Source: a virus. Taken from it: a stretch of DNA of 64,000 bases. The DNA lies in IMG/VR virus record IMGVR_UViG_3300025128_006668, positions 1-64,000 of that record; one strand, given 5' to 3'. Numbering within the stretch: position 1 is the first letter of the stretch; each line of letters opens with the position of its first letter. Made by a program: the position numbers and the translations under genes. Below are positions 9,443 to 20,111 of the stretch, piece by piece. The notes beneath the pieces were generated by a model, which did not search any database, was not told the DNA's origin, and saw only the letters and a list, made by a program, of their open reading frames with translations.

Positions 9443-9779
9443 GGGGGTGAAGAGGATTCGACTGTTAGTTGAAACAATAGTTGCATGTAGTAGTTGAACG
9501 AATGGCTACTATAAAAATCGTTCATACTTTTAAGTGCAGAAAAGAATTTCTCACTAGCCGCTTAGTGCGGCAGGGGTATCACAGCCCTGTAAACCAAATA
9601 GTGATGACGCAGATAAATCTGATAGAGGCTGTACACTTGAGTCATCGTGCATGATGGTAATAATTTACCTGACTCCGATAATCGGATAGCTTTGTCTGCT
9701 GTGCGACTACAACAGACTAAACATGTAGGGATTATTGCAGAGGCTAGTCAGGACGCGGGTTCAACTCCCGCCACCTCCA
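9443..9779 (+). ncRNA. ssrA: tmRNA, tag peptide (A)AEKNFSLAA
   Basis: 5' GGGGGTGAAGAGGATTCGAC and 3' GACGCGGGTTCAACTCCCGCCACCTCCA form an Ala acceptor with G3-U; resume codon GCA at 9536 after TAAGT; tag ends LAA-TAG at 9565. Confidence 0.95.
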
Positions 9780-9789
9780 CTAAAGCTTA

Positions 9790-10491
9790 ATGAAGGCAAT
9801 AAGATCTTTTTACATGAATCTCGACATGGGCGATCTAGTCTATTCGCTACTGTTCTGTAAGATTCTTGGTACAGAGAGGGTGTATGTGGATGGGGGCGAA
9901 GGGACAGTAAAGTTTAATTGGAACTCTGCTGATTTCATCTTGCCTTTACTTCAGAGTCAAAATTATGTAGAGATATTACCGTATGACAATCAAGAATTTG
10001 ATATTGATTATGGAATACATCCAGAAAATATTAGAGTAGAGGCTGGCTACAATCTTGTTAGTTACCACGCATCTAAGTTTGATATAAGTTTTGATGACTA
10101 TGGCGTAAACAAACCTTGGCTTTCTCTAGACACAGTGGATGACTCATATATTAAGTCTAAAAAAGTTCTTATAAACAGGACACACAGGTATAGAGGTAAT
10201 GATACCTTTTACTATGATTTTCTTAAATATTACAAACCAAGCGAACTTGTATTCTGTGGAATAGATGAAGAGTATGACTCGTTTTGTTCTGACTTCAACG
10301 CAAACATTGATTTTTTAAAGACAGAGAACTCTTTAGAGTTAGCAACTTTGATAAACTCAGTTCCTGTTTTTGTTGGAAATCAATCTCTTATATGTGCAAT
10401 CGCTCAAGGTTTAGGAAAAACTTGCTATATAGAGACAGGAAGATTAGCCGCCAACTATCTTTTTAACAGACAGAATATACTATACTTCTAG
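9790..10491 (+). CDS. GT9-like glycosyltransferase
   Basis: MGDLVYSL N-terminus; LELA.LI....FVGNQS...AIAQGLG. Confidence 0.6.
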   Translation: MKAIRSFYMNLDMGDLVYSLLFCKILGTERVYVDGGEGTVKFNWNSADFILPLLQSQNYVEILPYDNQEFDIDYGIHPENIRVEAGYNLVSYHASKFDISFDDYGVNKPWLSLDTVDDSYIKSKKVLINRTHRYRGNDTFYYDFLKYYKPSELVFCGIDEEYDSFCSDFNANIDFLKTENSLELATLINSVPVFVGNQSLICAIAQGLGKTCYIETGRLAANYLFNRQNILYF

Positions 10492-10504
10492 AAGGAAGAT
10501 TAAA

Positions 10505-11407
10505 ATGAAAAGGAAAGTGTTTGGGTGCGGGTCTTTTTTCAATGAGAATGATTTATTTGAGATAAAACTAAATCAACAACAAAGCTTCATAGACACTTTT
10601 ATAGTATTAGAAGTAGGCGAAACCCATACTGGCGACAAAAAAGGTTTTAATTTTGATCAGAAAAGATTTGCAGATTACTCATCAAAAATAATGTATAAGA
10701 CATTTGATAGCTTCGATGAAGAGATCAATAACAATCCTGAATTGCTTGATGGCTTCTCTACTAGAGATAAGTCATCGGAGGGTAGAAATACAAAGGACTG
10801 GATAAGGGAAAGATTCCAAGGTAACTACCAAGTAAAACTCCTCAAGGAAGCCGGCGCAAAACCTACGGACTTAGTACTGATAAGCTCCGCAGATGAGATA
10901 GTTAGTGAAGACGCTTTTAATAGAGCTTTAGAGAGATTTGAGAATACAAGTCAGTTTGAGATAAGATCTCCATCTAGTGGAATTATAGGTATTGGCAGGC
11001 CCATATTTGGGTTTATGCTAGACCTATACGTTTACAAGTTTAATCTCTTTTGCAAAAATGAGGCTACTGCGGTTATTACAGAGTTTGGAACATTACAAAA
11101 TATACTTCCAACAACTATTCAAGGGCTGTCTATGGCTACGCATGACGCAATACCTCAAGGAGGTTGGCACTTTGCTTGGCTAGACAAGTCAGGAGGTCTG
11201 GAAGTTTTGCAAAAACAAAAAAGCTGGGCACACTCCAGAGATAGGGTAAACGGACACAAGACTAAGTACGAGAACAATAATAGAGAGGAAGCCCTAGAAA
11301 GGCTATTCGCAGATTATAAAGTTACTAAGAGAGATATCTCTGCAGATACCCATCCTAGCTATTTAATAAATAATATTGAAAAGTATAAGGCATATATACA
11401 AAAGTGA
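10505..11407 (+). CDS. GT17-family glycosyltransferase
   Basis: FFNE.DL.EI.L, E...THTG..K, W.RE.FQ, S.ADEI, GGWHF. Confidence 0.8.
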   Translation: MKRKVFGCGSFFNENDLFEIKLNQQQSFIDTFIVLEVGETHTGDKKGFNFDQKRFADYSSKIMYKTFDSFDEEINNNPELLDGFSTRDKSSEGRNTKDWIRERFQGNYQVKLLKEAGAKPTDLVLISSADEIVSEDAFNRALERFENTSQFEIRSPSSGIIGIGRPIFGFMLDLYVYKFNLFCKNEATAVITEFGTLQNILPTTIQGLSMATHDAIPQGGWHFAWLDKSGGLEVLQKQKSWAHSRDRVNGHKTKYENNNREEALERLFADYKVTKRDISADTHPSYLINNIEKYKAYIQK

Positions 11408-12417
11408 ACAGAATAGTTTTAGAAGATCTGCAGTCTATAGCAGAACATGCGTTGCCTTGGGAGAATATTTTTGGAAAGACAATCCTTGTTACAGGCTCAA
11501 ATGGATTCCTCGGTAGGCATATAGTAAAAGTATTAGAGTTCTTTAATACTACAAGATCTGCAGATATAGATATTATATGTCTTTCAAAAAGTAATGGAAC
11601 AACGCCGAAAGGAGTCACTTCAATAGTACAAGATGTGTGTTCTCCAATCTCTATAAACAAATGGGTGGATTTTGTATTCCACGCTGCTAGTCCTGCTAAA
11701 CCATCCCTGTATAGTAAAAGACCGGTCGATACTATAAACGCAAATGTTTTAGGAACGATAAATTTGCTTAATGAGTTTCCAGATGCGACCATGCTATATT
11801 TTAGTAGCGGAGGAGTCTATGGATGTATGGATAAAGAAAATATTCCAATATCAGAGACTTGTTATGGTTATGTAGATCCTACTGATTTTAAAGCCTGCTA
11901 CAATGAGAGTAAGAGAATGGCAGAGAACATATGTGCTAGCTATTTTTATCAATTCGCAACACCTACAATTATTGTTAGGCCATCATATGTATACGGGCCT
12001 CTAATGGCAAGCAACGATGAAAGGGCGTGTTCTACATTTGTACACAATGCAATAAGCAGAAAGCCTATAACACTTACATCCGGAGCTAGTGCTACGAGAT
12101 CTTTTTGTTATATAACAGATGCAATAACAGGCTTTTTCTCAGCATTATTTTTTGGTGAATACGGACAAGCCTATAATATAGGAGCCATTGAAGAGACAAG
12201 CATATCTGATCTAGCGAAAGTTGTTTCTGATTGCTTCCCTGCGGGGCAGGTGAAAATAAGCAAGTCTGAAAATAGATCAACTAAAAATACTGTTAATAGA
12301 AGCTGCTTGAGTATTGAAAAAATTAAAAAACTAGGATGGATTCCTAAGATCGGTCTTAAAAAAGGAATAGAAAGAACAATATCTAGCTATAAAAAGGAGC
12401 TATCAAATGGCATATAG
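11404..12417 (+). CDS. NAD-dependent epimerase/dehydratase (UDP-glucuronate decarboxylase-like)
   Basis: TGSNGFLG, HAASPA.P, YNESKR. Confidence 0.9.
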   Translation: MNRIVLEDLQSIAEHALPWENIFGKTILVTGSNGFLGRHIVKVLEFFNTTRSADIDIICLSKSNGTTPKGVTSIVQDVCSPISINKWVDFVFHAASPAKPSLYSKRPVDTINANVLGTINLLNEFPDATMLYFSSGGVYGCMDKENIPISETCYGYVDPTDFKACYNESKRMAENICASYFYQFATPTIIVRPSYVYGPLMASNDERACSTFVHNAISRKPITLTSGASATRSFCYITDAITGFFSALFFGEYGQAYNIGAIEETSISDLAKVVSDCFPAGQVKISKSENRSTKNTVNRSCLSIEKIKKLGWIPKIGLKKGIERTISSYKKELSNGI

Positions 12418-13099
12418 TAGAAAGTATTTAGAGGATTTTCCAGACTTCAAGAGTATATATTTTGTAAACGATGATATGTGGTGGAGTGAGGAAGACTCAA
12501 GAGGTTATGGAGATCAGTTCGAAAGCAACAAAGACCCAATAGGGCCAGTATTGCCTCTACTCAAAGGTAATTCTGTAGCAGTTCAGGCAGGAGCTAACTG
12601 TGGGTGGGTGACAAGAGAAGTGGCAAAGCATTTCTCTGATGTGTATACTTTTGAACCAGATGCCTTAAGCTTCCTCTGTGTTTGTATGAACTTACCACAA
12701 GATAATGTTCATAAGTTTCAAGCCTGTCTTGGCAGTACGCATGAAACGGTCAAGATTAATACAGACTGCCGATCTGACTGGGGATCTGGAGCTGACCATG
12801 TTGAGCCGAATCCCCAAGGTGAAGCAGGATCGGTTCCGACAATTTTGATAGACGATCTGAATCTAAATGCCTGTGATTTTATACAGCTAGATCTAGAGGG
12901 ATATGAATATTTTGCTCTCGAAGGAGCTAAAAATACGATTGCTAAATTCAAGCCTGTGCTACAGATAGAAGTAGCGCACCATGCAAGATACGGCGTATCT
13001 CTGGATCAAATAAAAGAGTTTATGAAACAATACGGCTATGAAAACTTCCGTCCTATAGGGGTTGGTGGAGTTGGCGGTAATGACTGGATTGCTTACTAA
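12407..13099 (+). CDS. FkbM-family methyltransferase
   Basis: QAGANCG, FEPD, IDDLNL..CD.IQLDLEGYE..ALEGA..TI.K.KP. Confidence 0.85.
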   Translation: MAYSRKYLEDFPDFKSIYFVNDDMWWSEEDSRGYGDQFESNKDPIGPVLPLLKGNSVAVQAGANCGWVTREVAKHFSDVYTFEPDALSFLCVCMNLPQDNVHKFQACLGSTHETVKINTDCRSDWGSGADHVEPNPQGEAGSVPTILIDDLNLNACDFIQLDLEGYEYFALEGAKNTIAKFKPVLQIEVAHHARYGVSLDQIKEFMKQYGYENFRPIGVGGVGGNDWIAY

Positions 13100-13850
13100 G
13101 GATACTCAAATGAACTTCTGTGTTTTTAATATATATTCCGAAAATATAAAACAGGTAGCAGAGCTAACAATAGAGCAAAACAAAAGAGCCTATTGTAACA
13201 AGCATGGCTATGACCACATAATTGTAAAAGATAACCAAGAAAAATTTCATACAAATAGAGATTATGGAATCCCTCATTATGGATATGAAAAAATTGGTAT
13301 GGCACTAGAGCTGATATCTTCAGGCAAATACGACTGGATTTTTTGGTGCGGTAGCGATACCATGATAACTAACTTCAATATATCTTTAGACGACCTCATT
13401 GACAATAATTACGAAATGGTAGTAGCAAACGACCTATGGGGAATAAATGCCGACTCAATACTCTTTAGAGCTTCGGATAAATCTGTAGAGTTTCTCACAG
13501 AAGTCTATGAGAGCTTTCCTGACTATGTAGATGATAATGGTATAAACTACGATCATGGTATAAAACTTCCTGATGGTTCTATGAGAGGGTGGGCTGAGCA
13601 GGGTGCGATAACAGACTTACTAAAGCACGGCGAGTGGGCAACCACTGTTAAACGAGTGCCACAAAAAGTAATGAACTCTTATCTTTATCACATGTATCCA
13701 AGCCAGTGGCACTCTAAAGGAGTTGACTGTGATGGAAATGATGGTAGATGGTCTAAGGGAGACTTTCTTCTCCATCTTCCGGGAATGATAGATAGTACAA
13801 GAATAAGAATAATCAACGATGTAATGAAAGAGGTAGTAGGTAATGACTGA
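13062..13850 (+). CDS. GT34 (GMA12/MNN10-like) glycosyltransferase
   Basis: NK.AYC.KHGY, YDWIFW...D..ITN, WAEQGA, W.KGDFLLHLPG; likely ATG start at 13110. Confidence 0.8.
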   Translation: MVELAVMTGLLTKDTQMNFCVFNIYSENIKQVAELTIEQNKRAYCNKHGYDHIIVKDNQEKFHTNRDYGIPHYGYEKIGMALELISSGKYDWIFWCGSDTMITNFNISLDDLIDNNYEMVVANDLWGINADSILFRASDKSVEFLTEVYESFPDYVDDNGINYDHGIKLPDGSMRGWAEQGAITDLLKHGEWATTVKRVPQKVMNSYLYHMYPSQWHSKGVDCDGNDGRWSKGDFLLHLPGMIDSTRIRIINDVMKEVVGND

Positions 13851-14358
13851 TTTTGTGATACTGTGCGCGCTAGAAGATGAGCTCCCTCCAGAAAGCAACC
13901 CTTACCGAGAGGTCACATTCTATACTGGCGTAGGAAAGGTGAACGCAGCATTAGCGGCAGCACATATAATACTATTTAAGAAGCCTAAGTATGTAATCAA
14001 TTTTGGTACGGCGGGCTCCTGCGACAAAGAGCTAGAAGGTCTCGTTGAATGTGGAACTTTTTTTGACAGAGATGAGTCGTCAAACTTTAATTCTCAAGGT
14101 ACAATTATATTAGATGAGGCTCTCGCCACTGTATCAACTGGCGATACCTTTGTCAAGGAGTCTACGGGAGACTGCGATCTTGTTGACATGGAATCATTTG
14201 CTATTGCTGAGGCTTGTAGAAGATATAAGACAAGCTTTAAGTGCTTCAAGTATGTAACTGATTATGTGGATGAGAATTCAGAGGAAGATTGGGCGAACAA
14301 TATATCCGATGGATATGGTTTATTTTTAGAGGAACTTGGTAAGCTATATGAAGAATAA
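13843..14358 (+). CDS. MTA/SAH nucleosidase-like phosphorylase
   Basis: TGVGKVNAA, INFGTAGS, TGD.FV, VDMESFAIA. Confidence 0.85.
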   Translation: MTDFVILCALEDELPPESNPYREVTFYTGVGKVNAALAAAHIILFKKPKYVINFGTAGSCDKELEGLVECGTFFDRDESSNFNSQGTIILDEALATVSTGDTFVKESTGDCDLVDMESFAIAEACRRYKTSFKCFKYVTDYVDENSEEDWANNISDGYGLFLEELGKLYEE

Positions 14359-15496
14359 AAAGGTTTGGTATGCTCCTAATGGTTTTGAAGCCTATGGAGA
14401 AGAGGAAATAAAAGCGGTAGAAGATTGCCTTAGGGATGGTTGGCTTGCAGGATTTGGCGAAAGGTCTATCCAATTCGAACAGCAAGTATCATCTATGTTT
14501 GGAAAGAAGTCTGGAGTCTTTGTAAACTCCGGATCTTCCGCATGTTTATTGGCTATAGCATCTCTAGACCTGCCTAAAGGAAGTGAAATAGTGACACCGG
14601 CGTGCACATTTTCTACTACTGTTGCACCTATGATTCAGCTTGGCTACAAACCGGTCTTCTGCGATATAGATCTCACATCCTATGTCCCTACTGTTGACGC
14701 TGTTATAAATAAAATTACAGATAAAACAAAAGCTATAATGATACCTAATCTGATTGGGAATAAGCCTGACTGGGCTAGCTTGAGGGAAAAGCTATCTGAG
14801 ATCGGAAGAGATGACATCTATTTGATAGAGGACTCCGCAGATACAATAACCTTTACAAAAGAAACTGATGTATCGACAACCAGCTTTTACGCCAGTCATA
14901 TAATAACTGCCGGAGGGACTGGTGGTATGGTTATGTTTAATGATCAATCGCATGTTGATTTATGTCTGCAATACAGAGACTGGGGTAGGATAGGCAATAA
15001 CTCAGAAGAGATTGATGATAGATTCAATTATAGTATAGATGGTATACCCTATGACTTTAAATTCTTATACGGAGTATTAGGATATAATTTTAAATGCTGC
15101 GAGATGAATGCGGCATTCGGCTTAGTGCAACTCAAAAGATTTGACGAACTTCGTAGAATAAGAAGAGAAAATGTAGAAAGGTACCTAGAAAACCTAAAGG
15201 ATGTTTCTGAAGTATTGCTTCCAGATGACAGTATACAACCTAACTGGCTCGCTATTCCTCTTCAGACTGATGATAGATTAGGCTTATTAACTTTCTTAGA
15301 AAACAATAATATTCAGACAAGAGTAACATTTGCGGGCAACATAACTCGCCATCCAGTCTATAGAGATTATTTAGAGGACTTTAAAAATGCAGATATAGTT
15401 ATGAGAAATGGATTCTTGCTCGGGGCGCATCATGGAATGACTATAGAAGATGTAGACTATGTTTGCAATAAAATAAAAGAGTATTTTAGTAACTAG
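14336..15496 (+). CDS. DegT/DnrJ-family PLP enzyme with His in place of the catalytic Lys (ColD/DdhC-like NDP-sugar 3-dehydratase)
   Basis: NSGSSA, IEDSAD, SFYASH (K-to-H), GYNFK; likely start 14348. Confidence 0.85.
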   Translation: MVSYMKNKKVWYAPNGFEAYGEEEIKAVEDCLRDGWLAGFGERSIQFEQQVSSMFGKKSGVFVNSGSSACLLAIASLDLPKGSEIVTPACTFSTTVAPMIQLGYKPVFCDIDLTSYVPTVDAVINKITDKTKAIMIPNLIGNKPDWASLREKLSEIGRDDIYLIEDSADTITFTKETDVSTTSFYASHIITAGGTGGMVMFNDQSHVDLCLQYRDWGRIGNNSEEIDDRFNYSIDGIPYDFKFLYGVLGYNFKCCEMNAAFGLVQLKRFDELRRIRRENVERYLENLKDVSEVLLPDDSIQPNWLAIPLQTDDRLGLLTFLENNNIQTRVTFAGNITRHPVYRDYLEDFKNADIVMRNGFLLGAHHGMTIEDVDYVCNKIKEYFSN

Positions 15497-15507
15497 GATT
15501 TTGATAC

Positions 15508-16449
15508 ATGAAGATAGTATACGTTACAGGATGTTTAGGATTTATAGGATCTTACGTCACCAGAAGATGCCTAGAGCTTGGTTGGTATGTCAGGGGTGTT
15601 GATAGCTGTACGTATGCTTCAAACACTAGGCTGCTAGATGAATTCTTCTCTTACGCTAATTTCTCGTTTGAAAAGAAGGATATAAATGATATTGACTTTC
15701 TCTATGACTGTGATTATGTTATTAATACAGCCGCTGAGACACATGTCGGAAATTCAATAGTTAGTAGCGAAGAGTTTGTGGATTCAAACATACAGGGAGT
15801 CCACCACCTCCTTCAGCTTATAAGAAACTTTAGACAAGAAGGCAAGGATGTGCCGGTACTATTTCATTTCAGCACTGATGAAGTTTACGGAGACATAAAC
15901 AACGGAGAACATACAGAAGATGATCTACTGAAACCATCAAATCCTTATTCGGCAACAAAAGCTTCGGCTGATATGCTTGTTTTAGCATGGTCTAGAACAT
16001 ATGGCATTCCATATGTCATTCTAAGACCAACTAACAACTACGGAGAGGGACAGTATGTAGAGAAACTTATTCCTAAGTGCTGCAAGTACATAGAGCTGGG
16101 CAAAAAGATTCCACTCCACAATAACGGAGAACCTATTAGAAACTGGTTACACGCAGACGATACAGCTGCATCTGTAATTACGATCATAGAGTCGGGAAAA
16201 ACAAATGAGATATACAATGTCTGTGGAGGTTTTGAACAAAAGAATATTGATACAGTCTCTAAAATATTAGAACAGTATGGCAAGACGATAGAGGAAAATG
16301 TAGACCTATCCATTACTCGACCGGGACAAGATGTCAGATACGCACTAAACGACGACAAGTTACGATCTCTAGGCTGGGAGCCTAAAAGAAACTTTGACGA
16401 AGAGATAAAAGACATAGTAGAATATTACAAAGGAAGATTCATATGGTAA
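15508..16449 (+). CDS. rmlB: dTDP-glucose 4,6-dehydratase
   Basis: TGCLGFIGS, AAETHV, STDEVYG, PYSATKAS, NNYG..Q..EKLIP, RPGQDVRY. Confidence 0.85.
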   Translation: MKIVYVTGCLGFIGSYVTRRCLELGWYVRGVDSCTYASNTRLLDEFFSYANFSFEKKDINDIDFLYDCDYVINTAAETHVGNSIVSSEEFVDSNIQGVHHLLQLIRNFRQEGKDVPVLFHFSTDEVYGDINNGEHTEDDLLKPSNPYSATKASADMLVLAWSRTYGIPYVILRPTNNYGEGQYVEKLIPKCCKYIELGKKIPLHNNGEPIRNWLHADDTAASVITIIESGKTNEIYNVCGGFEQKNIDTVSKILEQYGKTIEENVDLSITRPGQDVRYALNDDKLRSLGWEPKRNFDEEIKDIVEYYKGRFIW

Positions 16450-16760
16450 TCTATGTAGACATTGACAACACTATATGCAGCACTTTAGACGTATCGGATT
16501 ACTCATCGAGCAAGCCTATAATGGAAAATATTGCTAAAGTTAACTCGCTTTATGATCAAGGTCACACGATAGTATATTGGACAGCCAGAGGGTCTGTTTC
16601 TGGGAAGGACTTTACAGAACTTACCGAGCAACAGCTCAAACAGTGGGGCGTAAAATACCACGAGGTTAAACTAGGAAAACCCGCATACGACATGTTTGTA
16701 GATGACAAAGCTATAAATTCAGATAACTTCTTTGGCTTTTTTAACAAGGAACTAATATGA
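16443..16760 (+). CDS. small HAD-like phosphatase (capsule biosynthesis type)
   Basis: DIDNTI, WTARG, GKP..D.FVDDKA. Confidence 0.85.
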   Translation: MVIYVDIDNTICSTLDVSDYSSSKPIMENIAKVNSLYDQGHTIVYWTARGSVSGKDFTELTEQQLKQWGVKYHEVKLGKPAYDMFVDDKAINSDNFFGFFNKELI

Positions 16761-18298
16761 GAAAAACAAGTACACTAGTAATATATGAGATGGCTAACAA
16801 TCACATGGGTGATGTGGATCATGCTAAACGTATGATAGATAGATATGCAGATATTTCATGCTTATATGGAGATGTCTTCGACTTCGCGTGGAAGTTTCAA
16901 TTTAGAGACTTAGAAACATTCATCCACAAAGATTATGTCGGCAAGGATGACCATAAATATGTAAAGAGGTTTTCTGAGACAAGGCTTTCTGCTGAGCAAT
17001 TTCAAGAACTAAAAGAGTATGCTGAGAACAGGAACTTCTTGACTATGTGTACGGGCTTTGATGAGCCTTCGGTTGACTTAATAGAATCTATGGGGTTTGA
17101 TATACTTAAGGTAGCTAGTTGCTCTTTTACTGACTGGCCTCTGCTAAATAGAATTGCAAATTCAGATAAGCCAATTATTCTTTCTACTGCAGGATCAACA
17201 TTTGATGACATTGACAGAGTCGTAAGCTTTCTAGAGCATAGAGAAAAGAGCTTCTCATTAATGCATTGCGTTGGAGAATATCCTACCAAGCACTCAAACT
17301 TACAACTAAATCAAATTACGGCGTTAAAAAATAGATATCCGTCTATTGAGGTTGGCTACTCTACACATGAGAGCCCAACGGAGGTAAGAGCAATCCAGCT
17401 GGCTATAGCCAAGGGCGCTACAATAGTCGAAAAGCATGTAGCTTTAGAAACTTCTGAGTATAAACCAAATGCATATTCAGTAACGCCAGAACAAATGGCA
17501 GACTGGCTAGCTTCGGCCTACGCTGCTATTGAAATGTGTGGGGAGACAGAGTTTAGATTAGAGGCGTCAGAAAAAGAATTATCCGACCTTAGACAATTTA
17601 AGAGAGGGGTTTTCCTAAAGAGAGACATCTCTCAAGGAGAAAGCATCTCTCCAGATGATGTTTACTGCGCTTGGCCAAATGAAGATGGTCAACTACTTGC
17701 ATCAGACCTGTCTAAGTACAACGAGTTTGTTTCTACACGTAACCTATCTGCTGACTCGGCTCTACATTCTGACGGTCTTGAGATTAATAACACAAGAGGC
17801 AAGGTCTGGGATATAGTTCAAGAGGTCAAGGAATTTTTGAATAGTTCAAATGTTATATTCCCTAAGCATGCAGATCTAGAGATATCTCACCATTATGGTT
17901 TAGAAAATTTCAAGGACACTGGTATAAGTATGATAACTGTGGTGAACAGAGAATATTGCAAAAAGTTGATTATAGTCTTAGCAAATCAGACTCATCCTGA
18001 GCAATATCACTTAAAGAAAGAAGAAACCTTTGTTGTGTTGCATGGAAAGCTAGAGTTAAAGTTATCAAAATTGAATCATGTGCCTAACAGTTGGGATGAG
18101 ATTGAAACTACAACACACTCAATGACGGCTGGAGATATAATTACTATAGAACCAGAGGTTAGACATGAATTCTTTAGCGAGGAAGGATGTATTTTAGAAG
18201 AGGTTTCCTCTACTCACTATGTAGATGATTCGTATTACACCGACCCTGCTATTGCGGAAAACAAAAACAGAAAGACATTCGTATCGTATTGGAACTAA
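16757..18298 (+). CDS. NeuB-family nonulosonic acid synthase with SAF and C-terminal cupin domains
   Basis: EMANNHMGD, KFQ, KVAS, MHC..EYPT, GYSTHE, EKH; C-terminal REYCKK..HPEQYH.KKEETF cupin. Confidence 0.85.
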   Translation: MRKTSTLVIYEMANNHMGDVDHAKRMIDRYADISCLYGDVFDFAWKFQFRDLETFIHKDYVGKDDHKYVKRFSETRLSAEQFQELKEYAENRNFLTMCTGFDEPSVDLIESMGFDILKVASCSFTDWPLLNRIANSDKPIILSTAGSTFDDIDRVVSFLEHREKSFSLMHCVGEYPTKHSNLQLNQITALKNRYPSIEVGYSTHESPTEVRAIQLAIAKGATIVEKHVALETSEYKPNAYSVTPEQMADWLASAYAAIEMCGETEFRLEASEKELSDLRQFKRGVFLKRDISQGESISPDDVYCAWPNEDGQLLASDLSKYNEFVSTRNLSADSALHSDGLEINNTRGKVWDIVQEVKEFLNSSNVIFPKHADLEISHHYGLENFKDTGISMITVVNREYCKKLIIVLANQTHPEQYHLKKEETFVVLHGKLELKLSKLNHVPNSWDEIETTTHSMTAGDIITIEPEVRHEFFSEEGCILEEVSSTHYVDDSYYTDPAIAENKNRKTFVSYWN

Positions 18299-18299
18299 G

Positions 18300-20111
18300 A
18301 TGAAAGTATCTGATTATATTGCTAGAACAGTATCCGAGTATGCCAAACACCTTTTCCTAATTCCCGGAGGAGGATGTATACATCTAGTCGATTCATTTTC
18401 TAAAACCGACATGGACTTGATTGCAAATCTGCATGAACAGGGTGCTTCAATATGTGCTGAGTCATACGGTCAGTACACAAACCAGCTAGGAGTTGCTCTT
18501 GTGACAACAGGCCCCGGAGCAACCAATGCAGTGACTGGTATTGCTTCAGCTTGGCTAGATTCTATACCTGTACTCTTAATAACTGGTCAGGTACAAAACA
18601 AAGACCGTGTGGGAGATAGAGGTACTAGACAGATAGGTTTTCAGGAGATAAATTCTGTATCAATATACGATGGTATTACAAAATATGCTGTGACAGTTGA
18701 CGATGCCAGTCTTGTTAGGTATCATCTTGAAAAGGCGATCTGGGAAGCCACCAATGGCAGAAAGGGGCCAGTACTAATAGATGTTCCTCTAGACATACAA
18801 GCCGCTGAAATAAACCCTGATGAGCTAGTCGGCTTCAATCCAAAAACCAAGAGTGACATAAGGCCAATTACAGAGTACGCAATGCTTAAGGAAGCAGACG
18901 AATCCATAAAAGCATTGTTTGAGGCCAAACGTCCGATGATACTTGTAGGGAATGGGGTGCGTCTCTCTGGTGCAGAGGAAGAGTTTTTAAAGTTTGCTAA
19001 GTTAGCAGACGTGCCAGTTTTAACAAGCTGGAAAGCACTTGACTTTTTTGACGAGTCTGATTGTCAGTATGTGGGAAGACCGGGAGGAGTAGGTCAGAGG
19101 GGAGCGAACTTCAATCAGCAGAATGCAGACTTCATATTAGTTATTGGAGCAAGACTCGATCATGGACAGCTGGCATATCAACCTCAATACTTTGCCAGAG
19201 AAGCAACAAAATGTATAGTGGATATAGATTATAGCGAGATCAACAAGTTAGGTATACATCTTGAGTATGCGCTTCCTATGGACGCAAAGGAGTATCTACA
19301 AAGAGGTTGCGCGTTGATCGAAAAAGAATCCTTAAGGTCACAGCAAAAAGATTTATGGTCAGAGTTTTGTCGAGGACTGTATGATAAGTATCCTGTTATT
19401 CTTCCGGAACATCTAGAAGATTCAGAGTTCATAAATAACTATGCCTTTATGTCTCATCTCTCAGATCTTTTACCTAGCAACTCATTAGTTATCCCCGGAA
19501 GCTCTGGTGCTTGCAGTGAGGTAACGATGCAGGCTTTTAAGTGCAAGAAAGGCACTCGTGTATACAATAGCGAGGGGCTTGGCTCTATGGGCTTTGGAAT
19601 TCCTTCTGCGATTGGTGGGTGTCTAGCTAGTGACAGAAGGGAAACAATATGCATAGATGGTGACGGCGGCTTTGTCATGAATGTACAAGAGCTAGAGGTT
19701 GTAAAAAGATATAACTTGCCAATTAAATTCTTCATACTGAATAATGATGGATACGGCTCTATCAAAACAACTCAGAACACTCACTTCAATGGCGATCTTG
19801 TGGCAAGCGACCCTTCTAGTGGACTAACCCTCCCTCCAATAGAACTTAATGCTCAAGCATATGGAATACCCTTCGTAAGGATAGAAGACCAAAAAGAACT
19901 AAGGGAAAGAATTCAAGAGGTGCTAGAAACTTCGGGGCCGGTTGTCTGTGAGCTCATGGTTGATCCGAATCATATGACATTACCTAAGGCATCTGTCTAT
20001 AAAAAATCGGACGGAAGCTTTGCGACTAGACCTATGGAAGACCTGTTCCCATTCTTAGAAAGGGAAGAATTTTTATCGAACCTTCTTGTAGAGGAAGTTA
20101 CTTTTGACTAA
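18300..20111 (+). CDS. ThDP-dependent acetolactate synthase-like enzyme (YerE-like)
   Basis: HEQGA, TTGPGATN, ITGQ, GSMGFG.P, DGDGG...N.QEL, LNN.GYGSI; ATG at 18300 preferred over the track start 18225. Confidence 0.85.
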   Translation: MKVSDYIARTVSEYAKHLFLIPGGGCIHLVDSFSKTDMDLIANLHEQGASICAESYGQYTNQLGVALVTTGPGATNAVTGIASAWLDSIPVLLITGQVQNKDRVGDRGTRQIGFQEINSVSIYDGITKYAVTVDDASLVRYHLEKAIWEATNGRKGPVLIDVPLDIQAAEINPDELVGFNPKTKSDIRPITEYAMLKEADESIKALFEAKRPMILVGNGVRLSGAEEEFLKFAKLADVPVLTSWKALDFFDESDCQYVGRPGGVGQRGANFNQQNADFILVIGARLDHGQLAYQPQYFAREATKCIVDIDYSEINKLGIHLEYALPMDAKEYLQRGCALIEKESLRSQQKDLWSEFCRGLYDKYPVILPEHLEDSEFINNYAFMSHLSDLLPSNSLVIPGSSGACSEVTMQAFKCKKGTRVYNSEGLGSMGFGIPSAIGGCLASDRRETICIDGDGGFVMNVQELEVVKRYNLPIKFFILNNDGYGSIKTTQNTHFNGDLVASDPSSGLTLPPIELNAQAYGIPFVRIEDQKELRERIQEVLETSGPVVCELMVDPNHMTLPKASVYKKSDGSFATRPMEDLFPFLEREEFLSNLLVEEVTFD

